Source: the human T2T-CHM13v2.0 reference genome, Homo sapiens | DNA length: 64,000 nucleotides | Strand: one strand, 5' to 3' | Assembly: GCF_009914755.1 (NCBI RefSeq) | Contig: NC_060942.1 | In this document: positions 30,257 through 43,420 of the stretch, one piece after another | Layout of the letters: every line of letters starts with the position of its first letter | Position numbering within the stretch: position 1 is the stretch's first letter | The notes under the pieces: model-generated | Told to the model about the DNA's origin: nothing | Databases searched by the model: none | What the model saw: the letters and a program-made list of their open reading frames with translations, nothing else | Translations under genes and position numbers: made by a program

Positions 30257-31045
30257 TGTGGCAGGCAGCCTCCAAAAAATGGCTCCTATGATCTTGCCTC
30301 TTGGAATTCATGACTTGTGTAATCTCTTCTTGAGAGTGTGCTGGGCATAGTGAATTGCTTCTAACTAATGGATTTACATGGTCAACTTCCACAGTAGATA
30401 TGTATGGCATAATGATGAGATTAGGTTGTGGAAACACTCTGAATTCTCTTCTTTCTTTCTCTCTCTCTCTCTGCCCTTTCTCTGGGGGAAGGAAGTTGGA
30501 ATCTACTACATCATGAATAGCCATATTCAGAGCTCACATGTTGAGAAACAGATATAGCCCATCAATAGGCAGCTAGGACCTTCGTCCTACCAACAGCTAC
30601 AAGCTTGAGCTTGGAAGAAGACTATCCTTCGACTGAGCCTAGAGATGATGCTTGATTGCAGCCTTGTGAGAATCCCTGAGTCAGAGGTCAGCCAGTTACC
30701 TGAAACTCTGATTCTTAACCCACAAAAACTGTAAGATAAAATAAATGTTTGAAACTGAAGCTAAATCTTGTATTTCAGTACATAGAAATGGATAACTTAC
30801 AGATTTTGGTACTGGAAGTGTGGTGCTGCAATAGAGAATACCTAAATATACAGGAGTGGCTTTGCAACTTGGCAGTGGACAGAGGCTGGAAGGATTTAGA
30901 GAGGAGTGTTAGTGAAGGTCTTAGTTGCTTTGAGCTTGCAAGTAGATCTCCTAGGGTCTGCCAACAGCTTTATTGGTGATCAAAGAAGTGGATCTTCACC
31001 TGCAGTCTTGTTGACTGCAGCCCTGGCCAACCCCTGGTTGTAGCC
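30257..31045 (+). mobile_element. MLT1F-like element: full 5' LTR (30257-30801), short internal piece, 3' LTR remnant
   Basis: tgtggcaggcagcctcc...gataacttaca then gattttggtactggaagtgtggtgctgc (MaLR-int start); LTR-like gactgcagccctggccaacccctggttgtagcc at ~31013-31045. Confidence 0.8.
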
Positions 31046-33105
31046 TCCCCAGCCATTTGGAACTGTGAGTCAATTAAACTTTTTTATTTATAAATTACCT
31101 AGTCTCAGGTAGTTCCTTATAGCAGTGTGAAAATGGAATAATACAGAATATTGGTACTGCAGTTTGGGGCACGGCTATAAAGATGCCTGAAAATGTGGAA
31201 GTGACTTCAAAACTGGGTAATGGGCAGAGGTTGGAACAGTTTGGAGGGCTCAGAAGAAGACAGGAAGATGTGGGAAAGTTAGGAACTTCTTAGAGACTTG
31301 TTGAATGGTTTTGACCAAAATGCTGATAGTGATATGGACAATGAAGTCCAGGCTGAGGTGGTCTCAGATGTAAATGAGGAACTTATTGGGAACTAGAGTA
31401 AAAGTCACTCTTGCTGTGCTTTAGAGAAGAGACTGGTGACGTTTTGCCCCTGCCCTAGAGAATTGTGGAACTTTGAACTTGAGAGAGATGATTTAGATGG
31501 CAGAAGAAATTTCTAAGCAGCAAAGCATTCAAGATTTGACCTGGCTTTTTCTAAAAGCCTACAGTCATATGTGTTCACTAAGAGATAATATGAAATGTTT
31601 AAAAGGGAAGCAGAGAATAAAAGTATGGAAATTTTACAGCCTGACCATGTGGTGGAAAAGAAAAACTAATTTTCTGGGGAGAAATTCAAGCCACCAGCTG
31701 CAGAGATTTGCATAAGTAAAGGAAAGCTGAATGTTAATAGACAAGACAGTAGGGAAAGTGTCTCCAGGGCATTTCAGAGACCTTCACGGCAGCCCCTCCC
31801 ATAACAGGCCTGGAGGCCTAGGAGGGAAAAATGGTTTTGTGGACCAGGCCCAGGACCCCATTCTGTGCAGCCTTACAACATGGTGCTGCTTCAGCTCTGC
31901 CATGGCTAAAAGGAGCCAACATAAAGCTCAGGCCATTGTTTCCTAGGATGCAAGACCCAAGCCTTGGTGGCTTCCACATGATGTTGGGCCTGCAGGCACA
32001 CAAAAGACAGGAGTTGAAGTTTGGGAGTCTCTGCCTAGATTTCAGAGGATGTATGGAAATGCCTGGATGTCCAGGCAAAAGTACAGGATGGAGCCCTCAT
32101 GGAGACCCTATACTAGGGCAATGCAGAGGGAAATGTAGGGTTGAAGTACCACCACACAGAGTTCCCACTGTGGCACTACCTAGTGGAGCTGTGAGAAGAG
32201 GGACACCATCCTCCAGACCCCAGAGTGTAGATCTACTGATAGCTTGCACTGTGTACCTGGAGAAGCTGAAGGCACCCAATGCCAGCCCATGAAAGCAGCT
32301 GTGGGAGGTGGACCCTGCAAAGCCACAGGGCCAGAGCTGCCCAAGACCTTAAGAGCCAGCCCCTTGCATCAGTGTGTCTTGGATGTGAGAACTGGAGTCA
32401 AAGGAGATTTATTTTGGGGCTTTAAGATTTAATGACTGCTCCGCTGGGTTTCAGACTTGCATGGAGTCTGTAGCCCCTTTGTTTTGTCCAATTTCTCCAA
32501 TGTGGAACAGGAACATTTACTCAATGCCTGCACTCCCACTGTATCATGGAAGTAACTAACTTGTTTTTTATTTTACAGGCTCATAGACAGAAGAGACTCA
32601 CCTTGTCTCACATGAGACCTTGGACTTGGACTTTTGCATTAATGCTGGAATGAGTTAAGTCTTTGGAGGACTGTTGAGAGGGGAAAATTGCATTTATCAA
32701 TGTAAAAAGACATGACATTTGAGAGGGGCCAGGGTAGAATGATGTGGTTTGGCTCTGTGTCCTCACCCAAATCTCATGTCAAATTGTAATCTCCATGTGT
32801 CAAGGGAGGGAGCTGGTGGAAGGTGATTAGATCATGGGGGCAGTTACCCCCATGCTATTCACATGATAGTGAGTGAGTTTTCATGAGATCTGATGGTTTA
32901 AAAGTGTAGCACTTCCACCTTCACGCTCTCTTTCTCCTGCTGCCATGTAAGACATGCTTTGCTTCCTCTTTGCCTTCTGCCATTATTGTAAGTTTTCTGA
33001 GGCATACCCAGCCATGTAGAACTGTGGGACAATTAAACTTATTTTCTTTATAAATTACCCAGGCTCAGGTAGCTCTTTATAGCAGTGTGAAAATGGAATA
33101 ACACA
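31042..33105 (+). mobile_element. THE1D-like MaLR provirus with 5'-truncated 5' LTR (remnant to 31145; 3' LTR 32740-33105)
   Basis: THE1-int text (MAEEISKQQSIQ); complete 3' LTR tgatgtggtttggctctgtgtcc...aatggaataacaca; only the last ~100 bp of the 5' LTR are present. Confidence 0.92.
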
Positions 33106-34035
33106 ACCACCATGGTATCCTGCAATGTTGCTTCAAACAGAGGCTATGTTTTGTGTTATTGGGTTTATAACCACTGAACTCACTGGTATCTCCATGTTCC
33201 CATTTACCCAGGAGCAGTTCACTTGACCAAATGTGGCTCAGTTTGAATGTCAGCTTGGAGACGAAACTGTGTGATGTTAGAATACTGGTTCTATTGAGCT
33301 CCTTATGTGCTTGAACACCACCACTGATATTTGGGTTTTTCTTTGTCATAACCAGAGCACACAGATCAAATGAAAGTTGAAACTTCTCCCTGGCCATTTT
33401 AGGCTCTTCACATGGCTGACCCAGTAGAAAAGAAGATCATTCTATTGCCTGGGAGAGCTGATCTTGATTATTTGGGAGAAATTGGGTTGCTGCTATAGAG
33501 GAAGGAAAAAGAGGGCTATGTCTAGATTCTAGTTGGGATTCAATTTGGCACTTTTCAATAACCCCTTGGCTAAAGGTCCAGGTCAGGCAACAGATTTAGA
33601 AATTTAACTAGAGCATATTGCTTTCTAACTTAAATTTGCCAAAATGGCCAGTTAAGAGTAATTCAAAGAACAATTCAGGCACCCCATGCTGGATTGGAGG
33701 GCAAGGTCCAGCATATTTTTCTAGGAATGCAATATATTTTGGCTTACTTAAGGACAATCCCACATGTCCCCTTCTAAGGTTTATTCCTTACAGCCACTGG
33801 ATTCAAAGCTCTGATGAGCCTTCTTGAGGTTGGAAGCATTGGTCAAAGTCACTAAAAGTCCTTACTTCAGAAATAACTAACACTTTGCTACAGTTTCACT
33901 AAAACCTGAAAATTCTGAAAAGATAGTTTGCTTACAACTTTTGCCAGGAAAGTCATTTGGCTAGAGCTTTGTCCCTTGCAGGTATGGGGCCTTCCCAAAG
34001 CTGTATTGGTTTTCAAAGCAAGGACAGATGACCAT

Positions 34036-34455
34036 TGTCTTGGTATATTTGTACTGCTACTACAATATACCAGAGACTAGGTAATTTACAATGCATAGAA
34101 ATTTATTTATTATGGTTCTGGAGGCTGGGAAGTCGAAGATCAAGGGAACAACAGGAATGGTATATAGTGAGGGCTGCTTTCTGCTTCCAAGTTGATGCTT
34201 TTTGCTGCATCCTCTGGAGGGAGGAATGCTGTGTTCTCACATGACTTCTGTCTTCACATGGAAGAAGGGACGGAAGGGCAAGAGAGCACTCCTATCAACC
34301 TTCAGCCCTTTCACAAGGGTGCTAATCCTGTTCATGAGGTCAGGGCCCTCAGTGTCTTATTTACCTTCCGAAGGCCAGGTCTCTTAATACTGTTGCATTG
34401 GGAATTAAGTTTCAATGGGAATTTCAGAGGGAACACCATTATTGAAACCATAGCA
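34036..34455 (-). mobile_element. MST(C/D)-like MaLR solo LTR
   Basis: tgtcttgg...ggttctggaggctgggaagtcgaagatcaagg...gaaaccatagca; 5-bp TSD accat/atcat. Confidence 0.85.
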
Positions 34456-34922
34456 ATCATTCAATTTGTTCCCCCAGCCCCCCACCATGCTTCTTCAGTC
34501 TATGTGTGGGAGGGCAGTGGTGCAAGTCCACCATTGCAGCAACAGAATGGAAACAGGTTTCAGTGTTTGATACTTCAAATCCCACCCACCACCATGCTCC
34601 TTCACTTGCTCAATTCATTATGGGGCGGCCAAACACTTTGAACCCATGGTTTCCTTCCTCATGGTGATTTTATCATGCTGATCCCATTTCTTCTCAGCCA
34701 CAAGGTCCATTCTGAAAGGTTTCAGTGACTTTGTATTTCACAAGTAAGGGATTCAAATTTTCTCTTCCCTGGGAGCCTGGGGTTTCTTATTCAAATATGC
34801 CTGCCCACTCCTAAGTGAACTTCCTCACCTTATGCCAATATCTTCTTCCTTAAAAGAAGACAAACTATTCTTAAGTCACAGACCATACTTCCCCAGATAA
34901 TTCTGTGTTATTTGTCTTTTTA

Positions 34923-36442
<1,520 letters not shown>

Positions 36443-37715
36443 AATATTGATTTTTAAGGATAAAAGTATTGACATTTTTAACTATGCATTTTTTATTAGG
36501 AAATGCCGTATTATTCTCTAAGTAGGATTCTTTGATGCAGTGTTTGTGAAAGACAGATGGGGATCTAGCAAATTGCTCATAATCCATGAAGCAGTGGCTA
36601 TTGAGCCGTAAAGACAAAATAATACCCATTACTATTAGTAGAAATAGATTACAATTGACTACTTTAATATTGGTCAAACATATTTAATATACTATCAGCA
36701 TCTGCAGAGTGATGCACTTATGTATTAAAATGCCATTGATCAAGGTGATAATTAGGTGTTGAAAAATTTAAGCATATTGTATTGTCAAAACCAAACAGTG
36801 ATTTCATTAATGTTATAAGCTCTTAATTGTAGTGCCAGTGTTCTCTTTATGGAATCCTTATTAGTAAGGATAATTTGCCAATAACATGTCTTCCTACACG
36901 TATCAATCAGCAGTACCACTATTTCATAGATGTGAGCCTTTACAGAGATTAGTGAATAAATTTATACTAAGTCAAAAGGTACTTTTGGTATCAAACTCTT
37001 TTAGCACTGGGCTTGTGCTCATGGGGTGGTATGATAGCACACAACTGGTCTTTGTTGTTTGGCTACCTGCTTTGAATAGTGGAAAGTGACAGCAAAGAAC
37101 AGAGAACTAGCAATGGCTTCCCCTTAAAGACCTTCCTATGAACTATCTTTAAGTGTTGGTATTAGCTAATGGTCAATAATTAATAATACAAGCAAAAGTG
37201 TTTGCTTTAGAATCTTCTTCGTTGCTATTAGAGAAAAACAATGTGCTACTTGTGTTCTGTCCTAGATGGGAGAGGCATTCTTTAGAAAACAATTAAAATA
37301 AAATGCAAAAAAGCCTGAAGACTAGACTAAGTCTAGATGATGTGAGAGAGTGGATACTTACTTTTGTTGTGGAATGCAGAGAATAAGATGAGTCAATGCT
37401 ATAAGATTGCTAGTCAGATTACTTACAGATTGAATTTCTAAATATGCCTAAATGCTGAGTCAAACTGTAGTGTATTTCCCTTTCCATGTACATTAGTGGT
37501 TCTCTTATTGGTCTGTTTTAAGTCTGATAACATCAGCCCTGGCTTGTAATCTTATTTTACTTTTGCCATTCAGCCTCAACAATAGTTATTAGTTAAATTT
37601 CTTTATGAATATTTTACATGTTGGCTTTTATTGAAAAATTCTAATTGACTATTAATATTATAAAATATTGAAATATGTGTGTGTATTTACAAAGCCTTTA
37701 TCATATTTTTTAAAG

Positions 37716-37935
37716 CAAGCTTGTCCAACCTGCAGCCCACACACCACATACAACTCAGGAGGGCTTTGAATGCTGCCCACCACAAATTTGTAAACTTTCT
37801 TAAAACCTGGGATTTTTTTGGTGAGTTTTTTTTTAAAGCTCATCAACTATCATTAGTGTATTTTGTGTGTGTGGCCCAAGACAATTCTTCTTCTTCCAAT
37901 GTGGCCCAGGGAAGCCAAAAGATTGAACACTCTTG
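37716..37935. mobile_element. MER30 hAT-Charlie MITE
   Basis: TIRs caagcttgtccaacc / gattgaacactcttg; tgtggcccagggaagccaaaagattg; 8-bp TSD ttttaaag/ttttaaaa. Confidence 0.9.
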
Positions 37936-39955
37936 TTTTAAAACCTTGGTCTTATAATTTTAAAAACCTTAATAATAATGGTTTGATATTTCTTAAATTA
38001 TCCCCAATGAGAAACTTTGACAATGTTTATAAAATGTATTTTCAGATCATATGTGTGGGTGTCTGTGTGTATTTCAAACCATATATTTATATATTTTAAA
38101 ATACATGTGTATAGGTAGATATAGATAATATAGATATAGAAAGCAAGTTTAGACATTATTTTTATGATCCCTACTGGGGGCAAAGCAGATTTGGGGAGAG
38201 TGAGATTTATCCAAATTTAGTATTGCAAGAGTCAACCTCAAGCCTTTGGTATGCATGGAGGTGCTCATTCAGAGATCTAAATCATCTGTTATTATGAAAC
38301 TCTTTTTCTTATCTTTTTCAAGAAGAACTGGGAGAAAATTTATTTGGAAATAGTATAATTTGTAACAACAAAACATTTTGGAAGAAGATACTGTAACTTT
38401 CACAAGAAATGATTTGACTTTAGGAGAGAAGCTGAGTAACTTTAATGTAGATGGGACAATTAACTTTTCTTTGCATTCTACTTGGTCAACTGAGTGACCA
38501 TCACAAACCAGCTTGTGACGGTTGGTGCAAAATTTTTTTTTCACTTGTATTATCTAATTCCCTGCCTTTCTTTATGAATTGCAACTAGCTAAGAACTAGT
38601 TTATAACAACTAGCTAAGAAAAACTAGCTAAGAAAAAAAATAAGCAATGATGCAATCAAGTATAGATTAATGTAATTAATTGCTACTTTCTCTGAATTTA
38701 AAAACAGAGCCACAGATAGTGTAATGGGACACAGAAAGCAATATATGACTTCTACTTTTTCATTGGATTGAATGAGTACAAAGAAAATTTTGTATGCTTT
38801 GAATTTATATAATTTTATATGTGAGATACAGCTAAAGAAAAAATGCTTTATTTTTCAAAATATATTGAGTTTTCTGTTAAGCAAGACTCTAAAATTTAAG
38901 AAAATTATCCAAATGTTACTATGCTTGTGAATATTTATATCCACATCCTCTCATAAGCACTTGGTTATTCTTAATCTTGTTATCTGGAGGCTTTGATATT
39001 ATACAGCAATAAAATATTGTATGCACCTGAGAAATTATAATAATAATATTCTTCAGTGCAAGCATTCATGAGACTTATATTTTGGGTAAATTACACTAAC
39101 TTAGAGAAAGAAAGTTGCAGAGATATAAATTATTCAAATGTTAATTAAATTTTTCTTAGTTTATCATCTGTCTTTGGAAATGGAAGCAATATTTATCATT
39201 ATTCTCTTTACCTCACATACTAATTTGGACATGGGCCATATGAATCAGTTAACTATGAAACTGTTTTATTTAAAGAAAGCTAAATATGAATTATTTTGGA
39301 AAATGAAGAACTTTATTTTAAATGTGAAAAATTAGATCTAAATATATTAATTAAAACCCTTTGAAATTTAAAGTATTAGATTTCTTAAAATAGAGAGTTT
39401 TTTTAATTTAACAATTGCTTATCTCAAATGAAGTTCATATGTGTGAAAAATTTCAGAAATTATTGTGATTCAGTAATTAGCTATTTGTAAACACAGTTCT
39501 GGAACTGTAGATGATATTAATAGAAACTTATTTTTAAGTATTTAATTTTTCTGTGATACAACACAATGGGCTTATATATAAACTTCAGATAACCTCATTT
39601 ATTTATGATAATGATGCAGCATTGCATAATATCTTTCCAATGAAAAATTTTCAGCTGAGCTTACCAGATGTACTTTAAAAGCATGTACATATAGTCAGTA
39701 GACTCAAAACTTATTCCTATGATACATAAAATAAAGCATATTTAAGATTATGGACCCTGAACTTCTTACAGTGAAATTTGAATATTATAAAAAAGCATAC
39801 ACTTCTGATATGAAAATTTATCTTCATTCTTCCCTTTAGACCTAACTTTCAAAATATGTAGCTATACCTGAAGTGTAAAGGTTATGCTTATTCCAGGGTT
39901 CTTACATTCAGGAAATTTATAAAGTTTTAAGAGCATTAGATATTAGCAGGATTGT

Positions 39956-39969
39956 GTTGCCATAGCAAC
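39956..39969. promoter_or_regulatory. Candidate RFX X-box motif GTTGCCATAGCAAC
   Basis: Match to the RFX X-box consensus in apparently non-repeat sequence; motif only, function not shown. Confidence 0.4.
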
Positions 39970-40185
39970 CTGTATCCACGAACAAACTCTCTAAATATCT
40001 AACCTAAAAGACATCGATGAGGTCAGTGCTATGAGATGTGAAACAAAGCCAAAATTATTCACACAGAATTCCAGAAAGTAGTCATTAGTTGTAGGTACAT
40101 ATTTTTGTCCCTCTTATTTAGAACTTGAATTGCTTGATATTCAATTAAATCAAATGACTTGTTAATCACTTTAACAAATGCTTAC

Positions 40186-42510
40186 TGATATGATTTGGCT
40201 GCGTTCTCACCCAAACCTAATCTTGAATTGTAATTTCCATAATCCCCATATGTGGTGGGAAGAACCCTGTGGGAGGTAATTGAATCATGGGGGCCATTTC
40301 CCCCATGCTATTCTCATGATAGTAAGTTCTCATGAGATCTGATGGTTTTCTAAGGGGCTTCCCCCTTTGCTTGGCACTCTTCTCTCTCCTGCCACTATTT
40401 GAACAAGGACGTGTTTGCTTCCCTTTCTGCCAAGATTGTAAGTTTCCTGAGGCCTCCTCAGAAAACGGGAACTGTGAGCCAATTTAACCTCTTTTCTATA
40501 TAAATTACCCAGTCTTGAGCAATTCTTTATAGCAGCATGAGAATGGACTAATACAGTAAATTGGTACTGCAGAGAGTGGGGTGCTGCTATAAGGATACCT
40601 GAAAATGTGGAAGCAACTTTGGAAGTGGGTAACAGGTAGAGGTTGGAACAGTTTGGAAGGCTCAGAAGAAGGAAAATAATGTGGAAAAGTTTGGAACATC
40701 CTAAAGACTTGGAAGGTCCAGAAGACAGGAAGATGCGGGAAAGTTTGGAACTACCTAGAGACTTGTTGAATGGCTTTGACCAAAATGTTGATAATGATAT
40801 GGACAATGAAGTCGTGGCTGAAATGGTCTCAGATGAAGAGGAAAAACTTGTTGGGAACTGGAGTAAGAGTCATTCTTGCTAAGCTTTAGCAAAGAGATTG
40901 GCGGCTTCTTGCCCCAGCCTGCCCTAGAGATCTGTGGCACTTTGAACTTCAGAGAGATGATTTAGGGTATCTGGCAGAAATTTCTAAGCAGCAAAGCATT
41001 CAAGAGGTGACAGTGCATGAAAGTTTGAAAAAGTTGCAGCCTTACAATGCGATGGAAAAGAAAATCCTATTTTCTGAGGAGAAATTCAAGCTGGCTGCAA
41101 AAATTTGCATAAGGAGGAGCCAAATGTTAATCCCTAAAACAATGGAGAAAATATCTCCAAGGCATGTCAGAGGTCTTCACGACAGCCTCTCCCATCACAG
41201 GCATGGAGGCCTGGGAAGGAAAAATGGTTTTGTGGACTTGGCCCAGGGTCCCCATGCTGTGTGGAGTCTAGGAACTTGGTGCCCTGCACCCCAGCCACTA
41301 CAGCCATGACTAAATAGAGCCAAGGTACAGCTTAGAGAATGCAAGCCCCAAGCCTTGGCAGCTTCCATGTGGTGTTGAGTGTGCAGGTGCACAGAAGTCA
41401 AGAACTGAGTTTTGGGAACCTCCACCTAGATTTCAGAGGATGTATAGAAATGCCTGGATGTCCAGGAAGAAGTTTGCTGCAGCGGCAGGGCCCTTATGGA
41501 GAACCTCTGCTAGCGCAGTGCAGAAGGGAAATGTGAGGTTGGAGCTCCCCCAAAAAGTCCCCACTAGGGCACTGCCTAGTGGAGCTGTGAGAAGAGGGCC
41601 AGTGTTCTCCAGACCCTAGAATGGTAGATCCACTGACAGCTTGCTTTTCTTCACATGCCTGGAGAAGCCTCAGACACTCAATGCCCGCTAGTGAAAGTAG
41701 CCAGGAGGGAGGCTGTACCCTGCAAAGTCACAGGAGTAGAGCTGCCCAAGGCCATGGGAGCCCACCTCTTGCATCAGCACACCATGGATGTGAAATATGG
41801 AGTCACAGGAGATCATTTTGGAACTTTAAGGTTTAATGACTGCCCTATTAGATTTCGGACTTGCACGGAGCCTTTAGCTCCTTTGTTTTGGCCAATTTCT
41901 CCCATTTGGAATGCCTGTATCCCTATTGTATCTATTGTATCTAGGAAGTTACTAACTTGCTTTTGATTTTACAGGCTCATAGGTGAAAGGGTGCTTTGTC
42001 TCAGATGAGACTTTGGACATGGACTTTTGAGTTGATCCTGAAATGAGTTAAGACTTTGGGGAACTGTTGGAAGGGCATGATTGTGTTTTGAAATGTGAAG
42101 ACATGAGATTTTGGACGGGCGCCAGGGACGGAATTTGTGGTTTGGCTGTGTTCCCACTTAAATCTTATCTTGAATTGTAGTTCCCATAATCCCCATGTGT
42201 TGTGAGAGGGACACAGGAAGAGGAAATTGAATCCCGGGGGTGGTTTTCCCCATGGTATTCTGGTGATAGTGAGTAAATTTTCATTAGATCTGATGTTTTT
42301 ATAAGGGGCTTCCCCTTAGCTCAGTTCTCATTCTTCCCTCTCTCCTGGTGCCATGTGAAGAAGGATGTGTTTGCTTCCCCTTCTGCCATGATTGTAAGTT
42401 TTTGAGGCCCCCCACCCATGCTGAAATGTGAGTCAATTAAATCTCTTTCCTTTATAAATTGCCCGGTCTCAAGGATATCTTTATCAGCAGCATGAGAACA
42501 GACTAATACA
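40186..42510 (+). mobile_element. THE1C/D MaLR provirus (LTR 40186-40555, internal, LTR ~42134-42510)
   Basis: Two LTRs ending gactaataca around THE1-int; 5-bp TSD cttac (40181-40185) / cttcc (42511-42515). Confidence 0.95.
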
Positions 42511-43039
42511 CTTCCAAAGCATCTACTTTGCATTAACTTATTCATTCGGGATTGCGGGACAGAACTAAAATGAGATTTTTAGATCTCTTCATCCAGTTAA
42601 AGAATCAGCTACACATCTGGGCTACTGTAACCTAAATCAGAATGTGATGGCTGCCAACTCTTTTGTACTATGTGCTCACATAGAATGATGTGTATCAGAG
42701 CCTAGTGAACAGGCTCCATTGAGATGATGACAGGCACTTCTAAGACAAAGACCAACGCAGAGGCCAATATTTGCAATGAATAGGTGTCAGGTTTATTGGA
42801 GATGAAGAGAAGGAATGCGGTAGGTAGGAAGAGGAGAGAAGATTAAAGCCACTGCATAATGCTGGATGGTAGAATTTCTTAAATGTTATGCTAAAAAGTT
42901 TTGAGCTTTTGGCATGGAGCATTTAAAAATGGAAAGATAGTAGCAAAAAAAAACCTTGAAAATCCTCCACTATTCAATAAAAGACCATTGGTTACAAGTA
43001 GGAAGGTTTATTAATGAGCAGATAAAAGTTCGAGGTTGG

Positions 43040-43420
43040 TCTGGAGTACTCAGGGATAGGAGGAAAGAATTGAAAGGAGATTTTAGAATTTGGATGTGGA
43101 TGAATAAAGAGCAGGGAACTGAGGACGTTGCTGACAAATTGATCTATCTGGTTTGGTTTTCAGATCTTCTATATTGAAAAACATTTGAATACTACTTTGG
43201 AGCTAGGAGTTAGTGAATTTGGCATGGAAAGGTTTGGGATTGATAATTTGGAAACATTGCCTTGTGGTAGACATGAGAAATATCTGTCCAGATCCTAGGA
43301 GAAAGAGGATGCTGATCTGGGAGTCTCTGTGTTAAGGTGATGTGTAAAAAGGTGGGAGTGAAGAGAGACAAGAAGCTATACCCATGTGGTCACCTACATC
43401 CCAGGCAGGGTGGGGGAAAG
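43040..43420 (-). mobile_element. Possible L2 remnant
   Basis: Purine-rich, L2-like phrases (gaatttggatgtgg, gatctgggagtc); highly decayed. Confidence 0.4.

Larger units (their letters stand above)
26885..33590 (+). mobile_element. Decayed ERV-L provirus (LTR remnant to ~27064, gag, pol RT/RNaseH/IN, dUTPase) with nested insertions
   Basis: RT: KQYHVSEGNDEISVIFKGFTDAG and caaaagccagatggatca (QKPDGS), gctcttgatctagcagatgct (ALDLADA) near 28040-28320; IN: caatgggcccttacacaaaatggtcat (QWALTQNGH, cf. QWAHEQSGH) near 30060 and HHGI.../HWYLHVP at 33107-33200; dUTPase: KLKLLPGHFRL and DLDYLGEIGLLL at 33373-33495. Many stops and frameshifts. Confidence 0.85.

Noticed and set aside
31497-32432. Cluster of overlapping ORFs up to 153 aa (also at 16351-17606 and 40643-41966)
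   Set aside because: Broken THE1 internal-region ORF remnants.
40653-40764. ~56-bp tandem duplication in THE1 internal region
   Set aside because: I recall this duplication in other THE1-int copies, so it is probably a subfamily trait rather than a locus-specific event.
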